From the NCBI GenBank assembly GCA_950097015.1, contig CATNEN010000003.1:1550001-1614000 (forward strand): a stretch of DNA of 64,000 nucleotides, given 5' to 3'. How positions within the stretch are numbered: position 1 is the stretch's first letter; every line of letters begins with the position of its first letter. The notes beneath the pieces are model-generated. The model worked only from the letters and a program-made list of their open reading frames with translations. It did no database searches and had not been told where the DNA came from. Of the stretch, positions 1 to 11,416 are shown in pieces. Origin of the DNA: Macrostomum hystrix (Eukaryota; Animalia; Platyhelminthes). A program made the translations under genes and the position numbers.

Positions 1-227
1 TAATCTGTTAACTAAATGCTTCCTCATTAAATGCAGCTTTTTATCTTATAAATTGTTTTACTTTTCGATACAGCGGAAATAAAAAGGTTCGTCTGTTTAA
101 AATTCATGTAACCAACTTTTCAAGTACGAAACATTCAGAAACCCTGTTTAATTGTAGCTAAACAAAGGCGCTGCACAAAATATTTAGCTTTAGTCTCTCC
201 ACAGACTAGAAGCAGTTTTATTTCAAA

Positions 228-2375
228 ATGCTCGCTTTCAAGATTGCCTTATTACTGGCATGCGCTGCTTTGATACTTGCGCATAGCGAAGAAAAAGAAG
301 AGCCAAAGGAAGAAACGAAAGATAATACAAACTCAAATAACGATGGCGAGATGAATGAATTCGATAGGCAGCATGCTAATGCCGGAATCTTGGTTCTTAC
401 TGATGACAATTATGAAGAAACTATCAAGTCGCATCCGGCAGTACTTGTTAAGTTCTGTAAGTGTAATTGTTTTAAATTGCTGAAAAACGTGTGACGTAGC
501 GAAGGCATTTGATAAATAATTTCTGAACATAGGTTCTTATTTTAATTTCAGACGCACCGTGGTGCATTCACAGTCGAGAATTCGCACCGGAATATATTAA
601 AGCGGGGCTGTTTCTAATGGAAAGAAACTCTACAATCAGGCTAGCAAGAGTCGATGCTTCAGTCAATAAGAAGTTTGCGGAAAAGTATAACGTAACAAAT
701 TATCCAACTTTGAAGTTCTTTAAAGGTGACGCAGTCGCTGATTATTCGGGTGGAAAAACTGGCCTCGCTGTTGCTTCTTGGGTGGAAACTAAGATGAAGC
801 CGCCAGCAAAAAATGTTACGACAATCAACGAGGCTCATGAATTCGCCATGTCTGATGCCGTTACGATTTTGGGCCTCTTTTCGAAAGAAAATTCTACAAG
901 CATGGCCGAGAGTTTGGCGCAGACAGCGTTCGCCCGACTGGACGAGGTACCTTGTGGCGTAACTGACAGCGAGGAGGTCCTGGCTCATTATGGAGTCACA
1001 AAAGACACCATCATTATGTTCAAAAACCTAGACAAAGAGCAACTGAACTATGAAGGACCATTTGATGCTGACAGCATTGCTAAATTTGTAAAGGCAAACA
1101 AGCTGCCCTTGGTGGTCGAATTCACTCACTACAATGCTCCCGACATTTTCAACGGCAACATTACCAAGCACCTGCTGCTCTTTGTCCACAAGTCCGACGC
1201 GGACTCATTTAAAGCCAATTTCGGCCAAATGCACGAGCCAGCCAAGATTTACAAGGACCGAGTGATCTTCATTTACGTCAACATGGATGACACCGACAAT
1301 GAGATGATACTGCAATTCTTTGGCGTCAAGAAGTCCGATCCGCCGTCCGTGCGGTTGATCGCGCTGGACTTGAACATGTCCAAGTTCAGGCCCACCTTCA
1401 AGATCATAACCTCAGATGGGCTGATTGCATTCGTTCAAGACGTTCTCGATGGCAAAATCGAACCTCACCTACCATCGCAGGATGTTCCGCAGGATTGGGA
1501 TAAAAACCCTGTGAAGGTTCTGGTCGCGAAGAACTTCGACGAGGTGACCATGGACAAAAGCAAGACAGTGTTTGTCATGTTCTACGCTCCCTGGTGTGAG
1601 CACAGCAAATTGCTCGCTCCAGTTTGGGAAGAATTGGCCAAAGACTATGCTCACAACGACACCATCGTGATAGCCAAGATGGACAGCTCCGAGAACGAGT
1701 TGTCTGACATGAAGATCCGCTCCTTTCCGACGCTGAAGCTGTTTCCCGCTAATTCCAACGACGTCTACGACTATTACGGACTCGATCGTACGTTGAAGAG
1801 CTTGAAGATCTTCCTCGACTCTGGCGGCAAGAAGCAGCCGGTGAGTTTCTCAAGCAAAAGGAACTCCTGTACGCAATTGCTTCAGTTCAGGGGTTGTAAT
1901 GTCAAGGTGGGTGTTGCGACGCAACCACCCAACGTACTGAACTTACAATAATAGCAACCATGCATAAATGATGAAAACTTGTGAGCGGAAAAATTATGCC
2001 AGTATTTTGGGTTTTTATCATCAGACACCAAGACGAGAATCGTTGAATAACTCGACGATTTTGATGTTTTGTGATTCTGGAATTGCTTCATCAGATAAGG
2101 CGGAAAATTTTGAATTTTCATTGCTTTTAGTTGACTATTCAAGAGATACAGAAAAATGTGGGCATTTTAAATACCTCCCGTGGTTTTCTACTGTTACATT
2201 GTGGACGTAAATTCTCCTATTTCAGGGGGTCAACGACAACGAGGAGCCAAATCCCGACTCGAAGGAGGAAAAAGTTAGCGAGTCGAATAATGAAAACTCG
2301 GCCAACGATGAAGAAGGAACGGTCAAGTCAGAGGAGGCTGATAACGCCGATGAAGCTGTTAAACAGGAACTATAA
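228..2375 (+). CDS. Protein disulfide isomerase family protein (a-b-b'-a'), both active sites CxxS; exons 228-456, 552-1840, 2226-2375
   Basis: Signal peptide MLAFKIALLLACAALILA; spliced thioredoxin motifs FYAPWCIHS and FYAPWCEHS; DWDKNPVKVLVAKNF and FPTLKLFP typical of PDIA1-like proteins; acidic tail ending KQEL-stop; GT-AG introns keep frame. Confidence 0.92.
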
Positions 2376-3125
2376 ACTAATATTTTTGAACTTTAATTTA
2401 ACCTGTTCTCTAGAAATTCGATTCCATATCGTAATAATGAAGCCTCATAATTTCGTTGGCCAAATTTGAGAATTAATAATTGTCTCCATGCATTCCGTGT
2501 TAGCTTGGTGCCCTCTCAATCCTTCCATTTTTGTTGATTGTTCGAGTGTCAGTTATGAGCCAACACGTTAAAACAACTATTTGTTAGGCTCTGTGAGAAA
2601 TCTTACACGTGTGCCAAGCATCGCGTCTGAGAAATGCCAACAAAATCTTATTTAGCTGCATTGAAGTGAAGCGACAATAAAATAAATGATAAGATTCTTT
2701 CAAGAAATAAATGTCTAGCTTATTACAAGCTAGAAGTTTCGAGACAAGACCTGATCGTGACAATCCCTGCTTGTTTCTTAACGTCTATATCTGCATATTT
2801 AAGGAAATTTATACCTAGTAGCACGTTCAATCGGAAATATCAGAAAACTTTTGTAGATAAGTAGGCTGATTCAAACAAAATTTTTACTATACTATAGTAT
2901 ATAACATATAACACAGACCCTGCTTTTTCAGACTTATGCATGAAAGAAAGTAGCTCATAAGAAAGGTGTTGCTTTTGGTTGATACCAATTTCATATTTGA
3001 GTCTAGACTGAAAGCGAAAGTCAAGATCACGGGCATCAGCATTTGTCTTGGAAAGAAAAGAGCCTTCACTCTGTTCACGGACTGAACAGCGGGGGGGGGG
3101 GTTCACGAACTCGAAATTTCACAAG

Positions 3126-3845
3126 GTCGAAAACTAAAATTAGCAGCTACCTTCACTAGGTCGAAACTTCATAAGCTCGAAATTCACAAAAATTAGTTAG
3201 AAATGCGTAATTAGTGCCAAGCCGCACCAACCCTGCTAAAATTCATCGAATGATGTTTAACAAAATAAGGACAAAACAAGGGATAAATTGAATTTTTTAG
3301 AATGAAATGATTAATGATGAAACTAAACAATGAGTCCTACGATAGGTTATTAATGTATATTCCATGAGCCGTGAAATTTGCCCACACGCCTTAAAACCGA
3401 ACACAGGAACATAAGAACATAAGAACATAAGAACATAAGAACATAAGAACATAAGAACATTATTTTAAAATCGAGTAGCTCGACACTCGATATAACAACA
3501 ATAACAAAACATGAAGGAAACCAGAGGAAAGCCTGTTTAATTGAAATATTTGAAGTCATTTAAGTAATCCAGATTTCTACTCACTTTGGACTTTAAAAAA
3601 TTTCGGGCTTATAAAGTTTCGACGTTGTGAAATTTCGAGCTTATGAAGTTTCGACCTAGTGATGGTAGCTGCTATTTTAGTTTTCGACGCTGTGAAGTTT
3701 CGACCTGCTGAAAAAAATCGAGCTTATGAAGTCTCTCGCTAAAGCTTTCGACGTTGTGAAAGCAGTGGGGTGCTATCACAAGCTCGAAGTTTCACAACAC
3801 CGAAAATCAAATTTTTTCACAAGGTCGAAACTTCACAAGCTCGAA
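3126..3845. mobile_element. Foldback/MITE-like element with ~57-bp inverted repeats and TCACAAxGTCGAAA subrepeats
   Basis: 3126-3182 is the reverse complement of 3633-3688 with ~2 differences; further motif copies extend to ~3845. Confidence 0.6.
3406..3459. repeat. 8-bp tandem repeat (GAACATAA)n
   Basis: Direct reading, ~6-7 copies. Confidence 0.9.
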
Positions 3846-3849
3846 CTTC

Positions 3850-4030
3850 GCCCAGCTGTTAAATGAGTACCAGCATAAGCTGAGGCTATTGATGGCTGTT
3901 GTGTACTCTTCCCCTGTCCATGGACTGAACAGCCGTACGCAGACTTCAGATGCGCCGCGCAATAGCTGCGGCTATGCTGTCGGCTGCACATCTGAACCAA
4001 TCGGGACATGTGCAATCAATAATGATTATT
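3850..4030 (+). mobile_element. SINE family B, 3' half
   Basis: Matches the 3' half of the copy at 25846-26163 (cccagctgttaaatg..taccagcat, ttcagatgcgccgc..atagctg..gctgcacatctga). Confidence 0.8.
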
Positions 4031-4735
4031 AGCATAATCTATCCATAAAATATTTTGATTTTAGGTTACTTTAATAATTCAGCACAATGCGAATATTTGA
4101 CGCACTGTGCGATGCAGAGACGCCAAGATTTCATCTCGGCAAAATTTACCAAAGTTTCTACTTTCAAGTAGTGCAAATACCTCGTACAAAGTCATATGGC
4201 CATTAAGTTATTAAGTAATTGTATCAAACTTAACAAAAAGCCTAACTATCAACAAAGCAATGCGAAACGCAATTCTTTGCAAGCTAGTTAGGTGAGCGAG
4301 GATATAAAAATACACCCGAAGTCTCTAGTTTCGAAATACAAGAACTAGCTTCCATGCAGCATCTAGCATCGATCATTATCTGAGCTGCTAGCTGCTGATT
4401 AAATCAGGATCACCTTGGCGAAACTAAACTATTACCTGCATCCTTTGGCCCAGGCATAGACAAAGGAAATCTTCAATTAGATTATGCTAACAGAGCAGTT
4501 AAAGGCAAAAGCTATTTATTTATAAAATACTTTTTTGTCTTTTTAGTTGCTTTTGAAAAAAGAAATTTTGAATCTAAAAAATGTTTCTACATCAAAGGAT
4601 GGAAAGGATCGTTATTTTGGTCACGGACTCAGCATTTTATGCGAATACCTCAGTTAAATCTTCTTATATTTAGACTTATGCTTTCTTATATTGTGTCATG
4701 ATTTTTTGATATTTTTTTGATATTTTTACTCGTTT

Positions 4736-5300
4736 CTCACTAACCAACTGTCACTCACCAACTGTCACTCACCAACTGTCACTCACCAACCGTCACTCAC
4801 CAACCGTCACTCACCAACTGTCACTCACCAACTGTCACTCACCAACTGTCGCTCACCAACCGTCACTCACCAACTGTCACTCACCAACTGTCACTCACCA
4901 ACTGTCACTCACCAACTGTCACTCACCAACTGTCACTCACCAACTGTCACTCACCAACTGTCACTCTCCAACTGTCACTCACCCACTGTCACTCACCAAC
5001 CGTCACTCACCAACTGTCACTCACCAACTGTCACTCACCCACTGTCACTCACCAACTGTCACTCACCAACTGTCACTCACCAACTGTCACTCACCAACTG
5101 TCACTCACCAACTCTCACTCACCAACTCTCACTCACCAACTGTCACTCACCCACTGTCACTCACCAACTGTCACTCACCAACTGTCACTCACCCACTGTC
5201 ACTCACCAACTCTCACTCACCAACTGTCACTCACCAACTGTCACTCACCAACTGTCACTCACCAACTGTCACTCACCCACTGTCACTCACCAACTGTTAC
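4736..5300. repeat. 14-bp minisatellite (ACTGTCACTCACCA)n
   Basis: ~40 near-identical units. Confidence 0.97.
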
Positions 5301-5392
5301 CCACGAACTGCCGGCTGAGATTCGAATTCCGGATCTTTCCAGTCGGATATTAAATAATCGAAGGGATTTTGCCCAATCTACGGCTTCACTTA

Positions 5393-5757
5393 GGGCTGAG
5401 CGGCAGAGCGGTCAACGCGCCTGCCTCTCGCACCAAGGTCCCTGAGCTCGATTCCGCGGCGAGGCCACCTAAAATTGGGGCGCAGCCGCGGAGAGAAGGC
5501 TTGGGGGCTTGTCGTGCAATTCACGCCCTTGAGGGCCGACCTCCAAGGCACAGTGAAGTGTACACTGCCTGACGATGAGAAAGTTAGGGCAGATGTACAC
5601 ACCTGTGTGAGCGTGTGCCTGCGTACGGTATCTGTGTGCCTGTGTGCTCAGGAGTCAGCGAAATGGGCAGAATTGCCTCCTCGCTGGCTGCAGGTCCATT
5701 TTCACCACATGATGTGCCATTGCGCGCAGCCCTTCTGCAGTTGGTATTATTAAATGC
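5393..5757 (+). mobile_element. SINE family A, full length, tRNA-derived head
   Basis: A-box-like CGGCAGAGCGG, B-box-like GCTCGATTCC, short TAT tail; flanked by CTTCACTTA (5384-5392 and 5758-5766); ~10 further copies or fragments in the window. Confidence 0.85.
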
Positions 5758-6516
5758 CTTCACTTAAGTTACTACGAGTTACTCGTACAGATGGGCAATA
5801 ATAATAGGCAGTACAAGTGGCGATTTTAGCTAATGTCTAAGTACATCATCAGTGAGGCAGCTAGATTCTCAAGGGGGTAGATGGAATCTTGTCAACCCAG
5901 GCTATTTTTAGTCACCTCCCGGTGCGCATTGCATGCGTCGTCCATCAATCTAAAGAAATAAAATTAATCTACGCAATATTGGAGCGAAACTAAGAGAGAC
6001 AACAAAACAGCTGGGCCAAATGCGGCCGTTAGGAACAGCTTTTCGTCACGAACTAGCTTAGTTAAGGAGGCCAAAAAGAGGCATTAATTATTTGGTTGTT
6101 TTTTTTCATGTTACCCTTCATAAAAAATTGGCTCGTTTGTAACGAGTTGCTGGTAATGGTAGTAAACTTTCAACAGTAGTACAGTTTTGCGTTTTTCCTG
6201 TCCCCGAATCTTGGAGCAAGCACGCACCCCTGACTCATCTTGTTTCACGGAAAAATAATTAATGTTTTTTGTTATTTTATTCAAAACAAATTAAACTCAA
6301 TTAAAAATTGTTATTTTTCGATAAATTGTGGCTTCAAACTAATTTCGGGTTATATACGAAACTGAAAATTTTAACAAAATACTAAATTTATTCTGAATAC
6401 ACAATTTCAACTAATTTTTGGTTTTTTATAATTAGGATACGAGGATTACGAGATTAGGTTCGTATTTTAAGTATCCTGATTTTAAATTTTTTTTAGCGAC
6501 ACGAAAGGTTTCATAT

Positions 6517-7302
6517 AGCCGGAATTTCATATTGTACAAACATTACAACGTCGAAATATCAAACATGGAAATGCCACAACGTCGGAATATCACAACGTCG
6601 GAATGTCACAACGTCGAAATATCACAACGTCGGAATGTCACAACGTCGAAATATCACAACGTCGAAGTACCACAACGTCGGAATGTCACAACGTCGGAAT
6701 GTCACAACGTCGGAATGTCACAACGTCGGAATGTCACAACGTCGGAATATCACAACGTCGAAATACCACAACGTCGGAATGTCACAACGTCGGAATGTCA
6801 CAACGTCGGAATGTCACAACGTCGGAATGTCACAACGTCGGAATATCACAACGTCGGAATATCACAACGTCGGAGTGTCACAACGTCGGAATGTCACAAC
6901 GTCGGAATGTCACAACGTCGGAATATCACAACGTCGGAATATCACAACGTCGGAGTGTCACAACGTCGGAATGTCACAACTTCGGAATGTCACAACGTCG
7001 GAATATCACAACGTCGGAATATCAAACATGGAAATGTCACAACGTCGGAATATCACAACGTCGGAATGTCACAACGTCGGAATATCACAACGTCGCAATA
7101 TCAAAACGTCTAAATATCACAACGTCGGAATATCACAACGTCGGAATATCACAACGTCGGAATGTCACAACGTCGGAATATCAAAACGTCGGAATGTCAC
7201 AACGTCGGAATGTCACAACGTCGGAATGTCACAACGTCGGAATATCAAAACGTCGAGTTTCACTGCAGAAAAATGAAACTTCAACCCTGTGAAATTCCGG
7301 CT
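6517..7302. repeat. 16-bp minisatellite (GTCACAACGTCGGAAT)n enclosed by 13-bp inverted repeats; probable satellite-carrying MITE
   Basis: Array ~6545-7255; AGCCGGAATTTCA at 6517-6529 and TGAAATTCCGGCT at 7290-7302. Confidence 0.85.
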
Positions 7303-7773
7303 TTGTGTGAAATGCCCCTCAAAATATTAGAATCAAATAAATTTATTCTATTACACGTATTTTTATCCACCTGCAGATTAAATTAATGCCCGCATATAAG
7401 CCGAGTTAATAAGTATTTTATTGATATTTGAAATGGCGGAACTCATGCTTTTAAGAGTCTTGATAGTGGAGCGAGAGATCAGAGTGCTTTATATCTACAA
7501 ATTGGCCTTGAAGCATGTACATATACCATTACATTATGCAGCTAGTATTACAGCTGAGAATAATTATTTGAGTTACACAATCCTTATCTATTTTGAGCCT
7601 CAGTAATACGGAAAACTAGACTCTCGAAAATAAGGGGCTGACTGGCAACAGCAACAGATAAGAGCTAGATTTGAACTGAAGGTTCCTTTTAAGCACAAAA
7701 TAAACTATATTGAAGCGAGATGAATTGGTAAACTTCAGAGAGCATTGGACTCTGTGTTGCCATCTTGTTCACG

Positions 7774-10124
7774 ATGGACCAGACAGAAGCTGTTCTGATA
7801 TCGCTGCTTTGCGCTTTTGTCATCGTCCTTGTAGTCCTGCTGTTTTCATTCTACTCACCAATCTGCGACTCAGAATCGGACTGCTACAAACGCAAACGTC
7901 GGAAAAATATTTTCGAAATCTGTTGCTCAAACTGTCGATTTAGACAACTATTTGGCAAAAATTGTGATACAGGTCCTAGCGGCAGTGAAGCTGAGGACAC
8001 TGCGGTCACACTCAGGTGAGAAGACCTGCACCTGCCCACCCAACAAAGGCACAGGGAGAGTTTATTCTGCCTGACGAAGAGAAAGTCAGGGCAGAGGTGT
8101 ACATGTACAAGCGTACACAAAAATATTTCTCTTGTAGCTCGGAGCAGTTCGTTATTTTACATCAACCGCCTCCGACAAATTTTCGACTTCAAAACAGGTT
8201 TGCTTTGAGGGGGTACCAAAAACCTCACTTTGATGCAAAACTTAATGACTTAAGGAATTAGATTTTTAAGCATTTCTTTAATTATTGAACAGCGTGTGAC
8301 CTGGGAGCTCTTAACCCACTGATTGATTAAAAGCTGCAGAGTTGCGATCTAGAGGTCGAGAGTTACAACCACAGCAGAAATGCATCGTTTTATGCTATAA
8401 TTTCGCCCATCTATCAAATTGGTACCAGCATCAGCTGGGGGGGGGTAGAAACTTAGGTGGGTGTGGCGGCCCAAAGTCCATGTACAGAACAGCTGTACAC
8501 AGGCTTTTTAAAGCAGCTGTGACTTTTTGGGCCAAATCTGTTTGTGCAATTCATTTTCGTCTGTCATTTTGTCACCTGTCTGTCTGATTCGCAGCATCAG
8601 CAGCAACAGCAGCGTCAGCAGCGTCGACAGAGCGAGACACGTTGGCGAAGAACGAAAACCGCCGCCTCGTCCGCCCCCGCCGATGCCTTCGCCGCAGTCG
8701 CTACCGCTGCCGCCGCCGCTGTTACGTCAGTTGAGTCCTGCTGCCGCCATTCGAGTTGGACTCTCTGATCCAAGCTTGGTATCGACGCTCACCTCGGAGG
8801 TCAGGCCTGTACAGCCGCTATCGGCTACGTCAGTTGGGGAATCGCCGAGTGCGGCGATCGCAACGAATCCGAGCTCGGATCTTCCGGACACTGTCGGCGC
8901 GCCATCGGAGGATCCTCTAATCAGGGGCGAACTAAGCGACGAAGGACGCGACCACGGACTCGGCCGAATTCGATTTAATTTGGCCTACGATTGGAGGGCG
9001 AGACAGTTGAGTGTTAAAATCTGTGAGGCACGCGGACTGCCTGCAATGGACTTTCCAATGGGCACTTCCGATCCCTACTGCAAGGTACTGCGTTATTGTG
9101 GCTTCCAGTGCGGATAAATCATTGATCCAGTATCGATTGATTTGATTTCTTTAAGTGATCGGTAAAAAATCATTTTTAATGATTCATTTGTCAGTTCTAA
9201 TTCCTTTTTTATTTTGATTTCCAATACCGATCGATATATGCTCTGGTATCGATTTGTATGGCTTCTAATTGATCGATTTTAGATACCAGTTTTATTGACT
9301 CGGTTGAAAATTATGATCGAGAATTGATCCTTCTTTTATTGATATAATTTCCAATACTGATCAATCACTGTTATACTATCGATCCGATACACGACACTGA
9401 TTACTCAAACTGTTCAATTTCTCAGGTAAGCATCCTCCCAGACAAGTCTAATCGCGTCAAGACCCACGTTCGGCCCAGGAAACTTAACCCAACCTGGAAT
9501 GAAGTATTTTTATTTGAAAATTTTCCACCTGAACGTCTGCTGGACAGGATCCTGCTAATCCAGGTGCTAGATTACGATCGATTCAGTCGCGATGACCCCA
9601 TTGGAGACGCCCATTTTCCACTGGTGTTCCTGCACTCGGACGATCAGTCTCGAAGGTGCCTTACTCTATGGCGCAACCTGCAACCGAATCGCAAGACCCG
9701 CGGCTTTGTTGGCGAAGTGCTGCTTGCTCTGAGCTACAATCCGCACACCAACCAACTCAGCCTAGTGCTCATGCGAGCCAAGGATCTCAAAGCAATGGAC
9801 ATGGGACGCACCTCTGATCCCTATTGCGTTGCCAAGCTGGTCCACAGTAAAACTCGTCGAGTCTATCAGCGGCATCAGACCGCCGTCATTCGTCGATGCC
9901 TCTGTCCGCAATGGAACGAATCGTTTAGCTTCAACGTGCCAGCTGACAAGGTGCACGAGTTTCACCTAGAGCTAGTGGTCAAGGACAAAGACCTCCTTGG
10001 CTCGGATACCATCGGCCGCATCAGACTGGGCACTCGGTCTAGTCCTAGCGAGTCGGCTCACTGGACTGAGGTTCTGAGCAGACCAAGGCAACAGGTGGCG
10101 CGGTGGCACACGCTGAAGCACTGA
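7774..10124 (+). CDS. Synaptotagmin-7-like protein (N-terminal TM helix, Pro/Ser linker, C2A, C2B); exons 7774-8015, 8595-9084, 9426-10124
   Basis: TM AVLISLLCAFVIVLVVLLFSFY; C2A AMDFPMGTSDPYCKV...VLDYDRFSRDDPIG; C2B AMDMGRTSDPY...KDKD; C-terminal PRQQVARWHTLK; splice phases consistent. Confidence 0.88.
8040..8115 (+). mobile_element. SINE family A fragment (central hairpin)
   Basis: aaggcacag...ctgcctgacgaagagaaagtcagggcag matches family A. Confidence 0.7.
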
Positions 10125-10484
10125 GACAATTAGTTACAAAGGTGTGCGCTATGCATCTTACAAAGTTTGCTTGTTGATTGCCTTAGCAAAGTTTTCGCGT
10201 TTCATTGTATGATTAATTCTCTTTGCTTTTACTGCACAGTTTGCTCTGACAGCTGTCAATCATCTGGCTCTGTACAACAAAGGGCGCTTAAAAGTACAAT
10301 TACAAGACAGACTGCTAGCTTGAAAGATCAGATTGGTTTGCCATTGGCTCTTTGCAGCGCGTCGCCAATTGTCACTGCCGATTTCGCTTAGCAGATAGCA
10401 ATCTTAAAAATAAAATGGGTGCATATGTTTGTAAGTTTGACTCTGAAAAATGATTTAGCATGTGAGAAAGTAGTGATAAGAGAT

Positions 10485-10565
10485 GAGGAGGAAGGTGAGA
10501 GGAAGGTGAGAGGAAGGTGAGAGGAAGGTGAGAGGAAGGTGAGAGGAAGGTGAGAGGAAAGTGAG
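10485..10565. repeat. 11-bp purine-rich tandem repeat (GAGGAAGGTGA)n
   Basis: Direct reading. Confidence 0.9.
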
Positions 10566-11189
10566 GGAATAGAGTCATTTTGAGGTATGAAGAAAGCAAT
10601 TTAAATACAGAAATTATCCGAAATAGTGCAAATGAACATGGACAATAGAAGAGTAAAATAAGAAAAGTGATAGCAAACTGGGGCTTAATAGCGAACGCGT
10701 GAGTCCTAACTGAATTTGTTAAAATAAATCCTTGTTAGTAAAACTAAGTATGTCTTAAGTTGATTTAGGGGATCGAGTGTTGGAGATAATCCGCTCACTA
10801 GAACTTTAACCTTGAGTTGTCTCAGTCAGTTACAAAATATCCCCCCGAGTAGCTTAGGAGTTTTCGCAGCATAAAAGTACATATTGGATCAACTTTGATA
10901 TCGTCGGAGGCCGCGGCAAGCGAAAAATTGGAATGATACGACAAATTTTGTGAGTTTATTTGTTTTATATATCTATATCAAACACATGAAAAAAGTATTA
11001 CACTGCTACTGAATATAGTAAATGTATTTAACCCATGAAACTTCAAAATGTGATTCCCATCTGGCGCAGTTTACGTACTTCGTACTAACACTTCTAAGAA
11101 AGCATGATTAGCTGAGCAAAGGAAACCGTATACAGTGGTGCTTGACAAAGCTTAAATGTGTAATTATAATTATTTGCTTGTAAATGTGT

Positions 11190-11345
11190 AATGTACAAGC
11201 AAACGTCGTACAAGCAAACGTCGTTCAAGCAAACGTTGTACAAGCAAACGTTGTACAAGCAAACATCGTACAAGCAAACGTCGTACAAGCAAGCGTCGTA
11301 CAAGCAAGCGTCGTACAAGCAAACGTCATGCAGGCAAACGTCGTG
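11190..11345. repeat. 15-bp tandem repeat (TACAAGCAAACGTCG)n
   Basis: ~10 units; gives spurious QANVV ORF. Confidence 0.9.
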
Positions 11346-11416
11346 CAGATAAAATTCTTGCAGGCAAACATAACGCAAGAAAACATCGTTCTGTCTGATC
11401 AGTCTCGGACATCGGG

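Noticed and set aside
5545-5600. Hammerhead ribozyme core (CTGACGA...GAAA...GTC) in SINE A
   Set aside because: Only 3 nt separate CTGACGA and GAAA, and there is no room for stem III; a simple hairpin explains it better. An in vitro cleavage test would settle it.
6532-7292. Three overlapping ~200-aa repetitive ORFs; likewise those at 27339-27945, 29767-30469, 37328-37822, 44101-44664, 46141-46549, 57851-58774 and 60228-60659
   Set aside because: All are translations of tandem repeats.
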